This document shows, one piece after another, positions 12,829-25,800 of a stretch of 64,000 nucleotides of DNA. This DNA comes from Carcharhinus amblyrhynchos (lineage: Eukaryota), in contig OZ336885.1 in the NCBI GenBank assembly GCA_965287045.1, positions 63,922,001-63,986,000 on the forward strand, written 5' to 3'. Both the position numbers and the translations under genes were made by a program. The notes beneath the pieces are model-generated. The model saw only the letters and a list, made by a program, of their open reading frames with translations, was not told the DNA's origin and did not search any database. Every line of letters starts with the position of its first letter. Positions within the stretch are counted from its first letter, which is position 1.

Positions 12829-12849
12829 CATTCTTAAATAAATAATTAT
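12829..12849 (-). CDS. Micro-exon, 21 nt, phase 1: (D/N)NYLFKN
   Basis: ctttttcttttcttattttctgcttag|ATAATTATTTATTTAAGAATG|gtagca. Confidence 0.65.
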
Positions 12850-13974
12850 CTAAGCAGAAAATAAGAAAAGAAAAAGATGACTTGATTCAAGGATTTCCCA
12901 CATGCCCTGATTATTCATGAAAACACCCAGTTTTCCGAGATCATCATGAAATCAAAGATTCCTCTTCTTCGTTGTTCTTTTCTATCACTGGCAAAATTAC
13001 GGTTATAATCTCAGGATTTTTTTTTCAATATAATTAACGTCATCCAATCAGCTATTTCTGCCTCATTTCCCCCTTTCTTAAAACACCTGAAAACAACTTC
13101 GTGTATTGCCCCGCCTATGTGCGACTTTCTTCCCCTCTACGTTGACATGATTTGCAGTTCAGTTGTATTATCAAATTATTTCATTCACGAAATGCATTCA
13201 TATATGCTCTGACTTTTCATCGAGTTGAAATGAACGTCAAATAATAAACCATAACTCAATGTTGGCCCTTTTTAACGTTGCCTCTCCTCGTATTTTCTCC
13301 CTTTTGTTTACTTTTTTTTCATTTGCACTTGCCATCTTTCCAAATAAGTAACATGGCTAAGTGAAAAAAATGGTAATCCAACACGCATCTCTCTTTCCCA
13401 CCTTAAAATGATGAAAGCGTTATCATTTTAGAATAAGTTTCCTTCACATAGGATATTTTCGAATCCTGCCCAAAACATCGACAAATGTTAACGCATCGCA
13501 ACTGTATCAAAGACAGAGGAAAATTGGATCCCAAATGGCTGTGACGGATTTTGAAGTTGATATGTGCATCTCACTTCACTTGGCTGAAGCCCGTGACATG
13601 ATTTAAAACATCAGTCTTCAATTTATGTCCAATATCTCCAGATGCATGGTGCTGTTCTCCATGATTCTATTTATATCCATATATATTAAGCAAGAAGTTC
13701 GTTTGCAGATGCATAATTGTTTACTCCTACAATTTCATTCAAATTTATGAAATAAATCAATGAATATCCTGCCACATTCACCGTTCCCGCATTGATACTC
13801 GAAAGATCATAGGAAGTGTGTGTTTTCACATGTAATGGAAGACACTGAGCTGCATCGCATCACCACTGGTCTTGAATCATGGTTTTTTTTTGAAATATCA
13901 CGCTGAAGTTCGGAAATCACCTTAGAGGAGACACAGATTTTATGCAACAAGGCATCGAGAATACTGAAAAGTTC

Positions 13975-14181
13975 CACTGTGAGGAAGGGTCATTCTGACT
14001 CAAAACGTTCACTTTTTTACGCAGATGCTTTCAGATCGGCAGTCATTTTATTTTTCATTAGACGACTGAAGAGCATCGCTCTGACAACTAGTGATTCCAC
14101 ATAAAACATTTGAACTTTAATCTGGTGTTGTGAGGAATCTTGTGGTGCTCACCCCTGTTTAACACCAGCATCTCCACCTCA
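13975..14181 (+). mobile_element. Two Penelope-like terminal-repeat remnants with decayed hammerhead-type cores
   Basis: tgaggaagggtcattctgactcaaaacgtt and ctgaagagcatcgctctgacaactagtgattcc...ccagcatctccacctca resemble shark Penelope ends (recognised from memory, not aligned). Confidence 0.55.
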
Positions 14182-14629
14182 GACAGAGATAAAGAACACA
14201 CGAGACGCCAAGATTCTGCACTTTGCCCGATACCGTCAATAATCGTTCCTCCAAAACATGCGGTCCTCGAATCTCTCGCACCAAGATACTTTAATCTTGT
14301 ATACCGAACTTCCCATATTGTCTAAATGAACGACACCTCATTAAGCTGATCAACGAACGCATGCATGACAAAACTTAGTAAGTTTCTGCTTTCTCAACAT
14401 CTGATGTATTGGTATCAGACAATTTCACTCTCTGCAAAAAAAAAAGAAAAATAAACCTGTTTTATAAACGACCTCCCCCTCCCCCTCCCCCATCATAAAA
14501 CATATAAATGGTGCAGTATCATCATAGGTCGTCGTTAAAATAATGTAACAATTAAAAAAAAACGTGTTTTTTTTAATTCGCCAAATCTTTAATATATGAA
14601 AGCAGAAAGAGCATGACCTTCTGTTATTA

Positions 14630-14970
14630 TCTTTCCAACCTTGACCCAGACCATGCCAACTAATGTTTGGGGACCCAGGATCGAGTCCCTCCACTGCAGC
14701 TGGTGTAATCTGAAATCAACTCAATCGAAGTCGAATTAAGAACTTAAGGATGGTCATTATAAGTTGTTGGGGAAAAAGATACAAAAAATGTCGGGTTCGC
14801 AAATTGTCCTTCAGAAAAAAGAAATTTGTCTGAGTTATCTGGTCTTGTCAAATGCGACTCCTGAGGCAAAGTAATGTGGTCAATTGTCAGTTCTGCCATC
14901 ACAAAATGGGCATTAGATGCTGGCCACACAGCGTCGCCCATGTTCAACGCATGTATGAAGAAAAAAAAGT
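14630..14970 (+). mobile_element. Old shark tRNA-SINE (second family)
   Basis: B-box-like ggatcgagtccc; tail gatgctggccacacagcgtcgcccatg..aaaa. Confidence 0.6.
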
Positions 14971-14999
14971 TATAAAAGTAATGTGATTTCCTTCATCAG

Positions 15000-17400
15000 T
15001 GCAAGTTTAAGACTATTTCGATTTTGCGTTTCTTCTCGAAGGCTGATCATTGCCTCCTCAGTTTGTATCATTGTCCGGATAACACTTTAGAATTCACGTC
15101 TTCCTTCCTACGTTGTGCGTATGCTCTTGTTCAGCTGTTTATTAATTGTCTGCAAATCTCTCCTCTTGTTCTGGATCCTGCATTGATTCTAGGACTCCGG
15201 CAGATTCCTTCGATGTGATTGCAAATTAATCCTGTTGTAGTCGTCAGATAGATTGGCAGAATCAGGAGAGTAACGCGTAAAACTAAAATTATTTTCTGCA
15301 GACATCATCGGATATGCTTTCGATTTTCTTTAGCTGATTTCACCAAATTACCTTCATTGTTTGACTCGCGAAAGCGGCAATCCCAGTTAATCCTTCGCAT
15401 TTTGCACTTCTTATAGATATATTTTCAGAAATTCCGCCCTTCGTTTGCTTCACATATGCTTCAGCTACATGCAGAATCGTTACATTGAACCTGTTCCTTA
15501 AACAGGAACGACCTCACTTCACCTGTCAGGTTCTCTTCTGTTTTGAAAATTTACGCTCCAAAATCTTTCCACGGTGTCTATCTTTTGCCTTCAGATTATT
15601 GTTTTCTTGACCATTTTTTTTTTGCCTCTGACAAGTGGGATATCAGTCCACATGAGCCTCCAGTTATGTCAACTTTAGAACGTTTGCAAGTGTATTTTCG
15701 CTATCGTATGAAAAAAGGATTATTATTTAAACTGGATCATCGAGTTTGTTGTCCAAGCTAACTTCCTAACTCACTCATTTGCCCTACGTTTTCACCATAG
15801 CTGCCAGAATCTTATTTAACATAATTATATTGCAGGGTGGCTATTTTGTTGTCAAGATTTCTTTTCTGTCTTTTTTTTTTCCTCTTGCAGCGACCAACGG
15901 CGCTGGCATGTCGTTGCATACACCATGGTAAGTTGCTTGACAGCTCTTATTGATACATTTGTATGTCCCCCCACCCCCGTCCTCTTGTTTGTGCAAACAG
16001 GATTATTATGGCAGTTAATTAGGAATTTTATACAGTTTGATCAAACATTCTTATTAAAATTGATATATTTTCTTTCTATCTGGAATATTAAAATGTTCCC
16101 ACTCCTCAAACTCCACCTTGCTCCCAGAAATATAATGGAAACATTCCTTTTTTTAAACAAATGCTCAATCACTTTCAAAAACGTACTGCATAATCAGTTG
16201 TTACCAATTTTCTTGAATGCCAGGATGTATATTAAGGACATGGATTTGCTTACCACTTGAAACTTTCCTTTTCACTGGTTTGTGCAATATATCCAGCCAA
16301 GTCAGTTATATCTTGATACAGCCCAGGCAAATAAAAGAGTGTTTTTTTGTGTGTGTGTTTTTTTTTTACTCATTGCAATTTCACGTTAGATGTTCTTACT
16401 TCGAAATGCCAGGCTTCATGTGTTTCTTGAAACACCTCCTTTCTAGAACACACTTCTAAAACAGCTTGATGAATTCCAACATGTTTATTTTTTCCTCTGT
16501 GTGAATATATAACATCTCCATTTCTTGATTAAGTTTTTATAATCGGCCTACTAACACTCCCATTTGCATACATTTGCTTTTGAGAATGTTTTCCAATCAA
16601 ACATTTTCTCTGCATTTTCTGCTGTCATTCTGCCAATTTGGCCGAACTGAAGTTATCCGCTTTATCCTCCATAAGTTCCTTTGTTCATCTGCCATCAAGT
16701 AAAAGATTGCTTCTGGTCTTTGAAACTCAACCGTGCCATGTGTTTTGTTTAAATTATTCGAGAACTCTCTCGATCGTTAAGTAATCTCGTTGTCAGAGAG
16801 CCAGGAAACGTTCCAAGCCATGCTTCGTACCACATGCCACTTATCTTATTTCCAAATCCTTTCTCAACCATAGTAGGCATTTCCCCCAACTGTGATCCAC
16901 CTTTATGGCTACTGAGAATACATCTATCGCTGAAAAGAAAACATTTCTGTAATTATCCTATCGCATGCACGATTCGGCATGCTCTCCACCCTTCCTTCCC
17001 ACAGTGGAAGAAAATCAGGTTCACATTCATTTTCACATATTTCTACGTTTCCTTGCAATAATTCTTCCAAGCTACTTACCTCTTCATATATAACCATTAA
17101 AGATTGAATTGATCCTGTTGTCTGTAATAACGTAACTTCTATGCCTCCTGCTACTTCTACAGACAAATAAAACGTAACCATCAAATTAAGATCTTCATAT
17201 GAATGTGATAGTTGTTCGTCAAGCAAGCACTGAACAGGCAATGCATTATGTTGCAACTCATTTTTTTTAAAACCAAAGTTCGTTTTGCCACTATGATAAA
17301 CACCGTTGGATTTTCCTGTTTTGAAACAACTCTTTGTCAGGACAATTCTCAAGAAACAAACAATGTGGCCCACTTTATCAGAATGAAAACAAATGCATTC
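15000..17400 (-). mobile_element. Highly degenerate CR1 ORF2 (endonuclease/linker) fragments
   Basis: GGIEVTLL resembles the GGGVALL endonuclease motif; other CR1-like remnants. Confidence 0.45.
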
Positions 17401-17404
17401 CTAA

Positions 17405-17790
17405 TTATAGAAACATGGAAGAACTACAACACAATGCAGGTCCTTCGGCACACAAATTTGTGCCGAACATTTCCCTACCTTAGCGATTGTTAGGCTTACC
17501 TATAACCCTCTAGCTTACTAATGTCATGTACTGATCTAAAAATCTCTTACAAAAAACCCCATCGAATCAAACTCCACCACCGTTGCCAACAGCCCATTCC
17601 ACGCAACCACCACTTTCTGAGTGCAAAAATTACCCCTGACATTTCCACTGTACCTACTCCCCAGCAACGTAAGCCTGTGTCCTCTTGTGACAACCATTTC
17701 AGCGCTGTGGTAAAAAAAAGAGCTCCCGATTATCCCTTTGATGAATACATCTCAACATCTTAATACCTCTCAACATCTTAAATTATCTTC
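17405..17790 (-). mobile_element. CR1 3' end
   Basis: Reverse complement of the VV.WN.L region and a ggtccttcggc tail. Confidence 0.7.
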
Positions 17791-18355
17791 CATCCTCATG
17801 TGTGAACTTTTGAAAATGACACAAGGCGGTCCGAATTTATCACCAATTTGCGCCCGTTTTCGGGTGTGGAATCGTGGTTAAGTCGAGTGTGACGTCTTCA
17901 TCGCGATCTGCACCCGCGTACACCAGATCGCCACTTTCGTGAGACCCACGAATAGGAGAATCCGTTCCGGGCCCAAGTCGGGCACTACGATGACTTAAAA
18001 GCATTTGCATGCATTTAAATTAAAATAATGCACTGCCGCCCAACTCTATCAGCATTTCCTCCTTTTTACCACCGCGTTTACCAAACCGTAACAGCGCTTT
18101 TAGGGACCTGCTAAGTAAAAGTCTGAATCAGGCGCTTCCTCAGTGAGGGTTGGCGAGGAAGTCGCTGCATGGCATCCGAAAGCTCTCAGCTACTCAAGTG
18201 TGTCCTGTTATTGTGGCCATTTCGCAGTCTCGGGTCGGTGGCAGTTCTGCGATTGTTAGGGTTTCGTGGGCGGGAGGGGGTGGGGGGAAGTGAGTGGTAG
18301 CTGTTGAGCTGTTGCTGTGCTCGATGTCCAGTGTTTGTCTGGCAAAACGGGCTAA

Positions 18356-19630
18356 TTGATCTTGCTATTCTTCAGATTGCCGCTGGAGCTGAGGAGGAGG
18401 AAATGGAGGAAGAATTGCTGGCCCAGGAGGCGCGGGCCGGACCATTTAGAGGAGTCGAATGAGACGACCATTAGAGGCAGGATGTGGACATCATTCATCC
18501 AGAGCAGGGGCTTTGGAGAAGGACGGGACAAAAACCTCGGCAGTTCCGTGCACGAATGCCGTTCGAGGAGATGTCCGACACCATATGCTGCCGACGTCTC
18601 TGATTCTGAAAGGATACCATGTGACACCTATGCAACCTGTTGCAGGAAAAGGCGCCTAAGTGCGGAGCTGGGGGCGGGGTGGGGGGGGGGGGTGGGTGGC
18701 AGGGGGGACCCGCTCTCAGTGTCTGTCAGATTGATGGCTGCTTTCAACATTTATGAAACTGGTGCATTCCAAACCCCGATCGTAGATGTCTGTGGTATAT
18801 CCTTGTCTTCAGTCTTCACCCGTGTCAAGCAGGTCACTGAAGACCTGTATGCCCAGGCTGGTCAAAACGTCAAATCCAACCTGGAAAAGGCCCATCTGGA
18901 CTCCGGGGCTGTGGAGATCGTTGCAATTGCGCGGGTGCTGAATGCACAGTGAGCGGTCGGCTGCACCTATGTCGCCCTCAGGGCCCCCTACACAATCCAC
19001 GGCAATTTGTTAATAGCAAGGGGTTCCACTCCCTGAATGTACAAATTGTGTGTGACAACAATATGAGAATCATGAACGACTGCGCGAGACATCCAGGCAG
19101 CTTGCATGACAAATCCATTGTAAGGAGGTCAGACATCCCGCAAGTATTTGAGAGCCCAAACTGCGGGGGTGGCTTCTGGGTGATATGGTTTACTCGCTTC
19201 CGACATGGCCGATGACGCCTCTGCGGAGGCCAGTGACTGCTGCGGAGACGCGCTATAATGAAGTCCATGTAGCCACCCACATGACAGTAGAGAGCTGCAT
19301 TGAGATCCTCAAGATGAGATTCGGGAGCCTGGACCTATCCGGAGAGGTCCTCCAGTGAAGCCTCCTGATCTCCTCCTGCATAGTGGTGGTTTTTGCAACT
19401 TGCACAATCCAGTTTTGCAGCGATGTGACATCTTGGAGGAGGAAAAGGGCGTGGAGAATGATCAGCTGATTGTCACTAGAGATGATGTGCGGCAGGAGGA
19501 CGAGGAAGGGGAGGAGGAGAAAGAGGAGGATGAAAACACCTTGAAACGCCTGTCAGATGGTGCAGGGCTGGGATCTCAGGTGAGGCATGGAAGAGCGGCG
19601 AGGGAGGCTCTGATCATTGGGTGGTTCAGT
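18356..19630 (+). pseudogene. Harbinger (HARBI1-like) DDE transposase, frameshifted
   Basis: AAFNIYETGAFQ..DVCGIS; NSKGFHSLNVQIVCD..CARHPGSLHD; WLLGD..W.MTP.R..ETRYNE.H..E.CI.ILKMRF. Confidence 0.92.
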
Positions 19631-20199
19631 CGCTCGAGGATGGCGATTCTGGGTTCCATACCATCACCCCCGCCACCCCGGAACTACCTTCCATTTATCC
19701 TCTACATTGTCGCTCTAGAGTGGTGGGCCCTTGTGCTCGGTGCTCGCGATATCTTTTCCAGACAGGAGGACGCTGACGTTGAGCTAAGCACCATTCTCAT
19801 AACGCCCTGGCGCAATTCAGTCTGACTGTTGCCTGGGACTCACATGCACGCTAGCACCTGGGTCCACAACTGTCTAGTGGGTAAGGGTACCGAAACCCCC
19901 ATACAAGGCCCTGGTGCGAATGGGATGCAGGGCGGGAGGTCATCACTCATGGGGTGTGAGTGTCCAATGGTTTCGTTTTCTTAGTTACACCACATTGAGG
20001 GACCACAGCATCTGATATCACCATGAGATATCCATGGGGTGATTGTCAAGACAACTGTTTGCAGGTAGCTGTGGAGAAAAAAACATATATTTACAATAAA
20101 GGTGTTCCTGTAAGATGGTGAAACTCAGATACTTGTAACGAGAAAGCAGTACGTTGCTTATGGTTCTTTATAATCAGGGCAGCTTTTTCTCCGTGCCTT

Positions 20200-22504
20200 C
20201 TCAGTGCAGCTACAACTTCGAGCCTTGCGCTGCCTGGCACAACGCCTCAGGCACTCTCCAGAATATTCATCAGAGATGGAGGGGGTCAGCTGCCGACTTC
20301 ATCCCGTGGCCTGTGATGTGTGTGGCGGGCGGCCTCTGGAGGCCCTGGATCCCGAGGGGCCTGGCTGGCTTCCAGCTGTCCAGGATGTTTCCATGACACA
20401 CTCTTCATTCCACTGCGCCTGAGATGTCCCAGTGTCAGGAAGGGGAGAGTCAGAATATGTTGCCATAGCCACAGTCTCCTGGCTAGAAGACCCAGTCCTG
20501 GGTTTGTGCACTTACTCTCCTCTGTTGGGGTCACTTTCTTGCTTCCTGGGTCCCTTCATGGGCTACTGGTTCTTCTGCAGTGAACTCCAGAAGCTCAGGT
20601 GTCACCTGTCACAACCAGTCCTGGAGGACCATTTGCATCCTACCCATCGTAGTCGACCCCTTCGCGATGTCCATTTGAGTAGTGGACCATCTCTCAATGT
20701 CCGCAGCAAGTGCCCTCTGAGACTGGACTATCCTCTGCAAGGCCTCGCTGTGGCCCTCTGAGACTGGGCCACCTTTTCAAGGGTTGCTGTCATTGCCCAC
20801 AGTGTCTCAGATTTGTCCCTCTGGACCTTCTGCAAGCTCGTAAACCTCTCAGCCATGGACCGAAGAATCTCAACAAACCTGCTCAGTCCCTCCGCTGTGG
20901 TTTGCTATGACTTGGCCACTACTTGGAGCTTGCAACCCATGGTGAATAACCCCTGCCATAGGATTTCCACAGCAGGCGCCATCTATGCTTTGTTGTCAAA
21001 GGAAGCACGCAAGATACGCAAGAGCTGCTCTATCTGAAAGCTTTGGGACTCCTCCCAGCAGCCTCACAGTTGGTCCAGTGTGGCCGTTAACCCCTCCTGA
21101 TTTCCCTGGCTCTGTTGCTGCATCTCCAACAGCTGAGGGAGAAGTGATCTCAGATGACCAACGTGTAGCCTAGGGCCAGCTGTGTCTTCACCTCCAGCAA
21201 GCCCCCGCATGCCAAAAGCCTTGGACTTTTCCTACTAAGCCCACGGTACATCAGCAGACGTGTTGTCCTCTCCAGAGAGTGACCCAGAAGCCTCAACACT
21301 AACTGGACCACCGACGTGTATGTTTCTGCGATGTTGAGCTGTGAGGTGAAGGTTGACGGATAAATGGTGCCACCCTCAGCTGTCCCTTCACCCAGATCCT
21401 CTGGAGACTTTTCCGAGCTGTTGCTCTCATTATGGGTGGGAGCTGTAGCCGGGGCACGTGGTCCAGACGGCCCTGGGATTTCAGGATTTGTCCCTGAAGC
21501 ACAGGACGAGGTTCAGTTGAAAGGGAGCGATAGAAATCCGGGATGTCACACACAGGAATCACATGACTGCCTTGAACATAGAACATTGAATCCAGACAAT
21601 TGCATCACAGGGCCAGGCCCTTCGGACATCCAATCCTGTAGGGACCACGCTGCCCATCTGATTTGTTTGCCCGCATATGCCTCTGTTCCCATTCCATTCA
21701 GATATCTGTAGACATGCCTCTAACGTCTCCCTATTGTTTCCGCTTCCACGACTTCCCCGGCAGCCAGTTCCACGCGCCCATTATCCTCTAAATGTCAATA
21801 AAATTCCTCGTATGTCTCCCTTACACCTTGCCCCTTGCACCCGGAAACCTTGCCCCAACAAGTTGCCTTAGTGTGAGGTATGTCAGGTGCTCACATCTGG
21901 ACGGCAGGCTGTCGGTGACAGCCCGCGCCTTTCCTTCTCTGGTGATCTCCAGCGCCCGTTCCTCGAATGGGGTGAGGACATGGAGGTCCTTTCACCAACC
22001 CCTGTCTTCGACCTCTCTCGAGTGTTGCGCTCGGCCTTCCTCTGTGGAGACAGATGAAATACATGGTGGCGTGACTCATGCAGAGAATAAGGTCGCGACC
22101 CTCAGAGGGCAAACACACTGGTTTTCATTGGGGGGAAAGGATGGAGGTGCTTGTGGGTCAGGAACTGGAGCATGTAGGATACTGGAAATAGGAGAATTAT
22201 CTGATTAATTCTGGGGGAGATATGGGAGAGCATGATGAATGGGGTTCAGCCCTCACTCTTGCTGCACAGATGAAGTCATTGTGTTTTTATTTCGACTCTG
22301 CCTCGCTGTTCGGTGGGTGAGGTTGTGAGTTGGGATGTATTCTGGTCCTGACCGAAGCGCCGACTACCTCCCAGGCCGCATGGCAATCAGCCCCCTGTGT
22401 CTGCGTCCTCCTAGGAGGGAAAATGTGGCCCGCCTCGCCTCTGCTGCATCCAACAGCCTTCCCAAGTCGTCATTAGAGAATCGGGGAGCTGACCGTGCTT
22501 GCAT
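20200..22504 (-). pseudogene. Harbinger Myb/SANT-like DNA-binding protein (spliced, degenerate)
   Basis: ATG at 22504: MQARSAPRFSNDDLGRLLDAAEARR; exon ~21895-22041 RERSKTG..VLTPFEERALEI; 3' extent uncertain. Confidence 0.8.
21574..21865 (-). mobile_element. CR1 3' end nested in the Harbinger
   Basis: aacatagaacat tail, ggcccttcgg, reverse complement of WNWLPG. Confidence 0.75.
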
Positions 22505-23028
22505 TGTCCTGTACTGTCTGCCTGTCCATTTTTTTCGACTTTCTGATGGAGTTGTCCTTCGTTAGGGCAGATCAGCTGCAGGCAGTTTGAAAGAACATTC
22601 TAACAAGTTTCATGTAGTTTGCTTCTTAGCATTGAGGGGAAGGCAAGTGAACACTTGCTGGTGTGCTGCTGGGGAGGAGGGGGCTCAGGGTTGTGGTGAT
22701 GGTTAAGTGTCTCAATGCTGAGCGACAGGGGAGAGGGGGAGGTATCAAACAACTATAAGTGTGTCAGTGGATATTGGGCCTTGGGTGGCATTATGCGGCC
22801 GGCAGTGATGTGACGGACGCGCTTGTGTTTTCTTTTCAACTGTGCATGCACGGTTCAGAGATCTGATCTTTCCGGCAGCGCTAAAACCCGCCCACAGCGT
22901 GAATCCGACTGGCGGTGGCTGAGGGCGTATCGGGGCCCTTGAAAGTGGAATTCTAAGTCGGATCCGTACTACGCCTAGAATCGGCATTTGGAATGAAAAT
23001 GGTAAAATCGGGTTCCAATTGCCTTTAC

Positions 23029-23067
23029 TCTCTCCGATTATATGGACATATATATTGCTTTGACCAT
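23029..23067 (-). CDS. Candidate micro-exon, 39 nt, phase 1: (D)GQSNIYVHIIGE
   Basis: gattttcccag|ATGGTC...GGAGAGA|gtaaag; same size class as 3322-3360 and 63122-63160. Confidence 0.45.
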
Positions 23068-24244
23068 CTGGGAAAATCATTCATTCTCATTTCCTGTCCT
23101 TCAAAGATTGAAATTGTTGAGTGACGTGTATCTTCATTTCTGCACAAATTCAAAATCCGGTACTGTTCCCCTGGCAGGTCTTCGAGTTTCAAGCGTGTGC
23201 TCTTCCGCGAATTAAATTTGGATATGTCTTTTCAATTCCTAAGTACAGATGGTCTCCAGTTTTATTTATCTTTTTATTTTCTGTTGAAACTTTCAACTTT
23301 TTTTCTGGTCTTTCATAAATGTCGTGTTGCTTTTTGTTTTCAGATTCTGCCAATGTCACACTTAAATTCATCAGCGACTCTCCTGTGTTACTCTCTGAAA
23401 TTGTTTTATTTTTGCCTTTTAGTTGTATCGCAGAGTGTTACACCTCTAATCCTTGATAAAGTTTATGTTAAATCGGATACAGCAAATTACAATTTTTCAA
23501 TGTGTGCTTCTGGGAAATTTAAATACTGAGCTATCACCCGAATTGCTTTACCTTTCCTGACACTATCAGGAAAAGAAAGTACAATTGCAACTGATTTCAA
23601 AACTAAAAAAAAAACTGCTTTAATAATCTTTTACAAACAACTCCCAGTGAAACCTTTGAGACTCAGGAAATCTTCGGCCACTGAAGAATTCAATTGTTTT
23701 CGATGCAATGACTGTATAAACTACGCAATCGTAAGACCTGATTGCTAAAAAAAAAGGAATTATTTAACGTCCACATTTTTTTTCAACAATGCGAAATAAA
23801 GCCCTGAATTGAAACACCAATATTTGTTTGGACGCCAGCGTACAGAAGCCACTGTGTATTACGATGCCAGACAGGAACATTTTTTCCCCAATTTGGCATG
23901 AATGTGAGAGAATGATATTTCGCCTCAGCATGCTAAATTAAGTTTTTTTTTAACAATCTTTTTCTTTCTTTCATTATAACATATTATCAACATATCACTA
24001 ACGAAATGGCACCGTTTAATGGTTAATACTTCAGCAATGCATGAAACGGAAACATTTCCCAACTTCGAGGGTTACAATTCAGGTCAGGTTTAGCAAGACT
24101 TATTACAAAGACATAAGCGAACTACAAAACCACTAAGCGACTTCAGGCACACGGTGCTTTGACTTTGTCTTTGACTTGGACCATCAGCTTTGGAACATTC
24201 GGGAATGCGTTTTCAGAGAGACAGACCGAAAGAGAGAGAGAGAC

Positions 24245-24912
24245 TGTTAGCGCGAGCGGGCGAACACGACCACTACGGACGCAGAATCAGCTTCCACAGA
24301 GGTACAGCATTATTTAACGTCGACGGAGGTGCAATCAGGACATACAAACAGCACTGTCCCTCAAGCACGCTGCATGCCCACCGCAATGGACTAGTTATAC
24401 CCGAACTTTGACACGTTGTATGATTCAAATGTTAATGTTTTGTTTACAGTGTTTGACTCTGACCATTGTGCTTCGATGTGTTCAAGTACAGTATCGATGT
24501 TTTAAGTGTTGTAATCGTTTCTGTCTGATGGGTTTATCAATGGTCTGGAATCTCGGGCGTTTCTTGAACAATGGGTGTTTGGCTGATCTCAGGGAGTCTT
24601 TCGAGGCCAAGAAGGCTTCCTTAGTTATGTCAATCCTCTCCTTATGTGTTTCGATAGAGGCTTCCTGATATCACTTGATTAGGTTAGTGGTGCTGATTTG
24701 ATTAGTCGAGGGTGTACTTTTTATTTAGTTTCCGTTGGTGCCATCCTGTCCAGTTCACTTTGTGTGTTCGACCTTATTTGCACTTTAAAAGCGTGGCTTT
24801 TGCCTGGTTGTATTGATCTGTCCGTTTGTGATCTTGTATGGAGGAGTTCTGAGTACAGTTTAGCCTGTTTCATATTATACACCTAATGTCAGAAATGTGT
24901 TGTCCTCTAACA
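24245..24912 (-). mobile_element. Solo LTR, family A, copy 1
   Basis: TGTTAG...CTAACA ends with a 4-bp TSD AGAC on both sides, inside an (AG)n tract. Confidence 0.9.
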
Positions 24913-25469
24913 AGACAGAGAGAGAGACAGAGAAAGGGAGACACAGAGAGATCGGCTCGAGGTTTCTTTCGTTATCCAACTACATTGTGCAGATGTCCTT
25001 CGGAGAAAAAATGAAAGCAGAACTGTTTTGTTTCTATCTACTAACAGTTTAGCTGCTTCCATTTCTAGTAATGCACTAGTCTGCGTGTCTAAATAACTCG
25101 ACGTCTTAATTTAATCAAAGCACGGTGAGCTTTCTGCTAAATAAACGCTTGCATGGCAAAAAAAAAATCACCTGCCCTCTCAGCATCTACTGCATTTTTT
25201 CCAGTCATACCGGATTTGTTCAGAGGAAAAAAAACCTTGTTGAAGCATTATCATGCATATTAAATGTGTGACATTCTCACATCAGCCTCTCAGTCGTGAC
25301 AATGCTGGAACAACAGTGTCGATCTCTGGAACAGGAGTAAGCTCCATGCCGGTGCAGCTGGTGCCCGTGCATCAGTGACACTTTCAATGTCCAAGGCTCA
25401 GCTGTCTGGTATTACATTATTATTTACTAAAAAAAAACTTTACAAATAATTAAATATTTCCTTTCGTGC

Positions 25470-25800
25470 CGATGAGACCATTCGTCCAATCGAGTATCCA
25501 CCTATAATTTGAAAGCATATTTTACGCAAGCCTTGACCCGCACTCACTCCAATCCCATTCTTTCGCCAGCCCTATTCAATCTAGTCTACATATATTGGGA
25601 CACTAAGGAAGAAATTGTATGGGTAATCGACCTAACTTGCATAGGTTTGGTTTGTCGGAGCAAACGGAGCATCCAGAACAATCCACATTATGCACGGGAG
25701 GCAATGCGAATTCCACGCCAGTCACTCTACGCAGGAATTGAATACGGGAGCCCCGAGATGAGAAGCAGCATGGCTAATCAATCTGCCATGATGCCGCACA
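25470..25800 (-). mobile_element. HE1-like SINE (old)
   Basis: ggacactaagg..acctaacttgcata..gcagcatggctaatca..gccgcac. Confidence 0.75.

Larger units (their letters stand above)
17828..23016 (+). mobile_element. Harbinger/PIF DNA transposon, near full length, degenerate
   Basis: Imperfect TIRs (ggtccgaatttatca / reverse complement ggaacccgattttacca) around convergent transposase and Myb/SANT genes. Confidence 0.85.

Noticed and set aside
14330-14431. Very strong minus acceptor at ~14432
   Set aside because: No good donor and an early stop in phase 1; may be only a poly-A tract.
17080-17121. 42-nt minus segment with GAG|gtaagt
   Set aside because: Stop in phase 1 and lies within CR1 endonuclease remnants.
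18356-19630. Domesticated HARBI1 host gene
   Set aside because: Multiple frameshifts and stops; TIRs and a Myb partner show it is a transposon copy.
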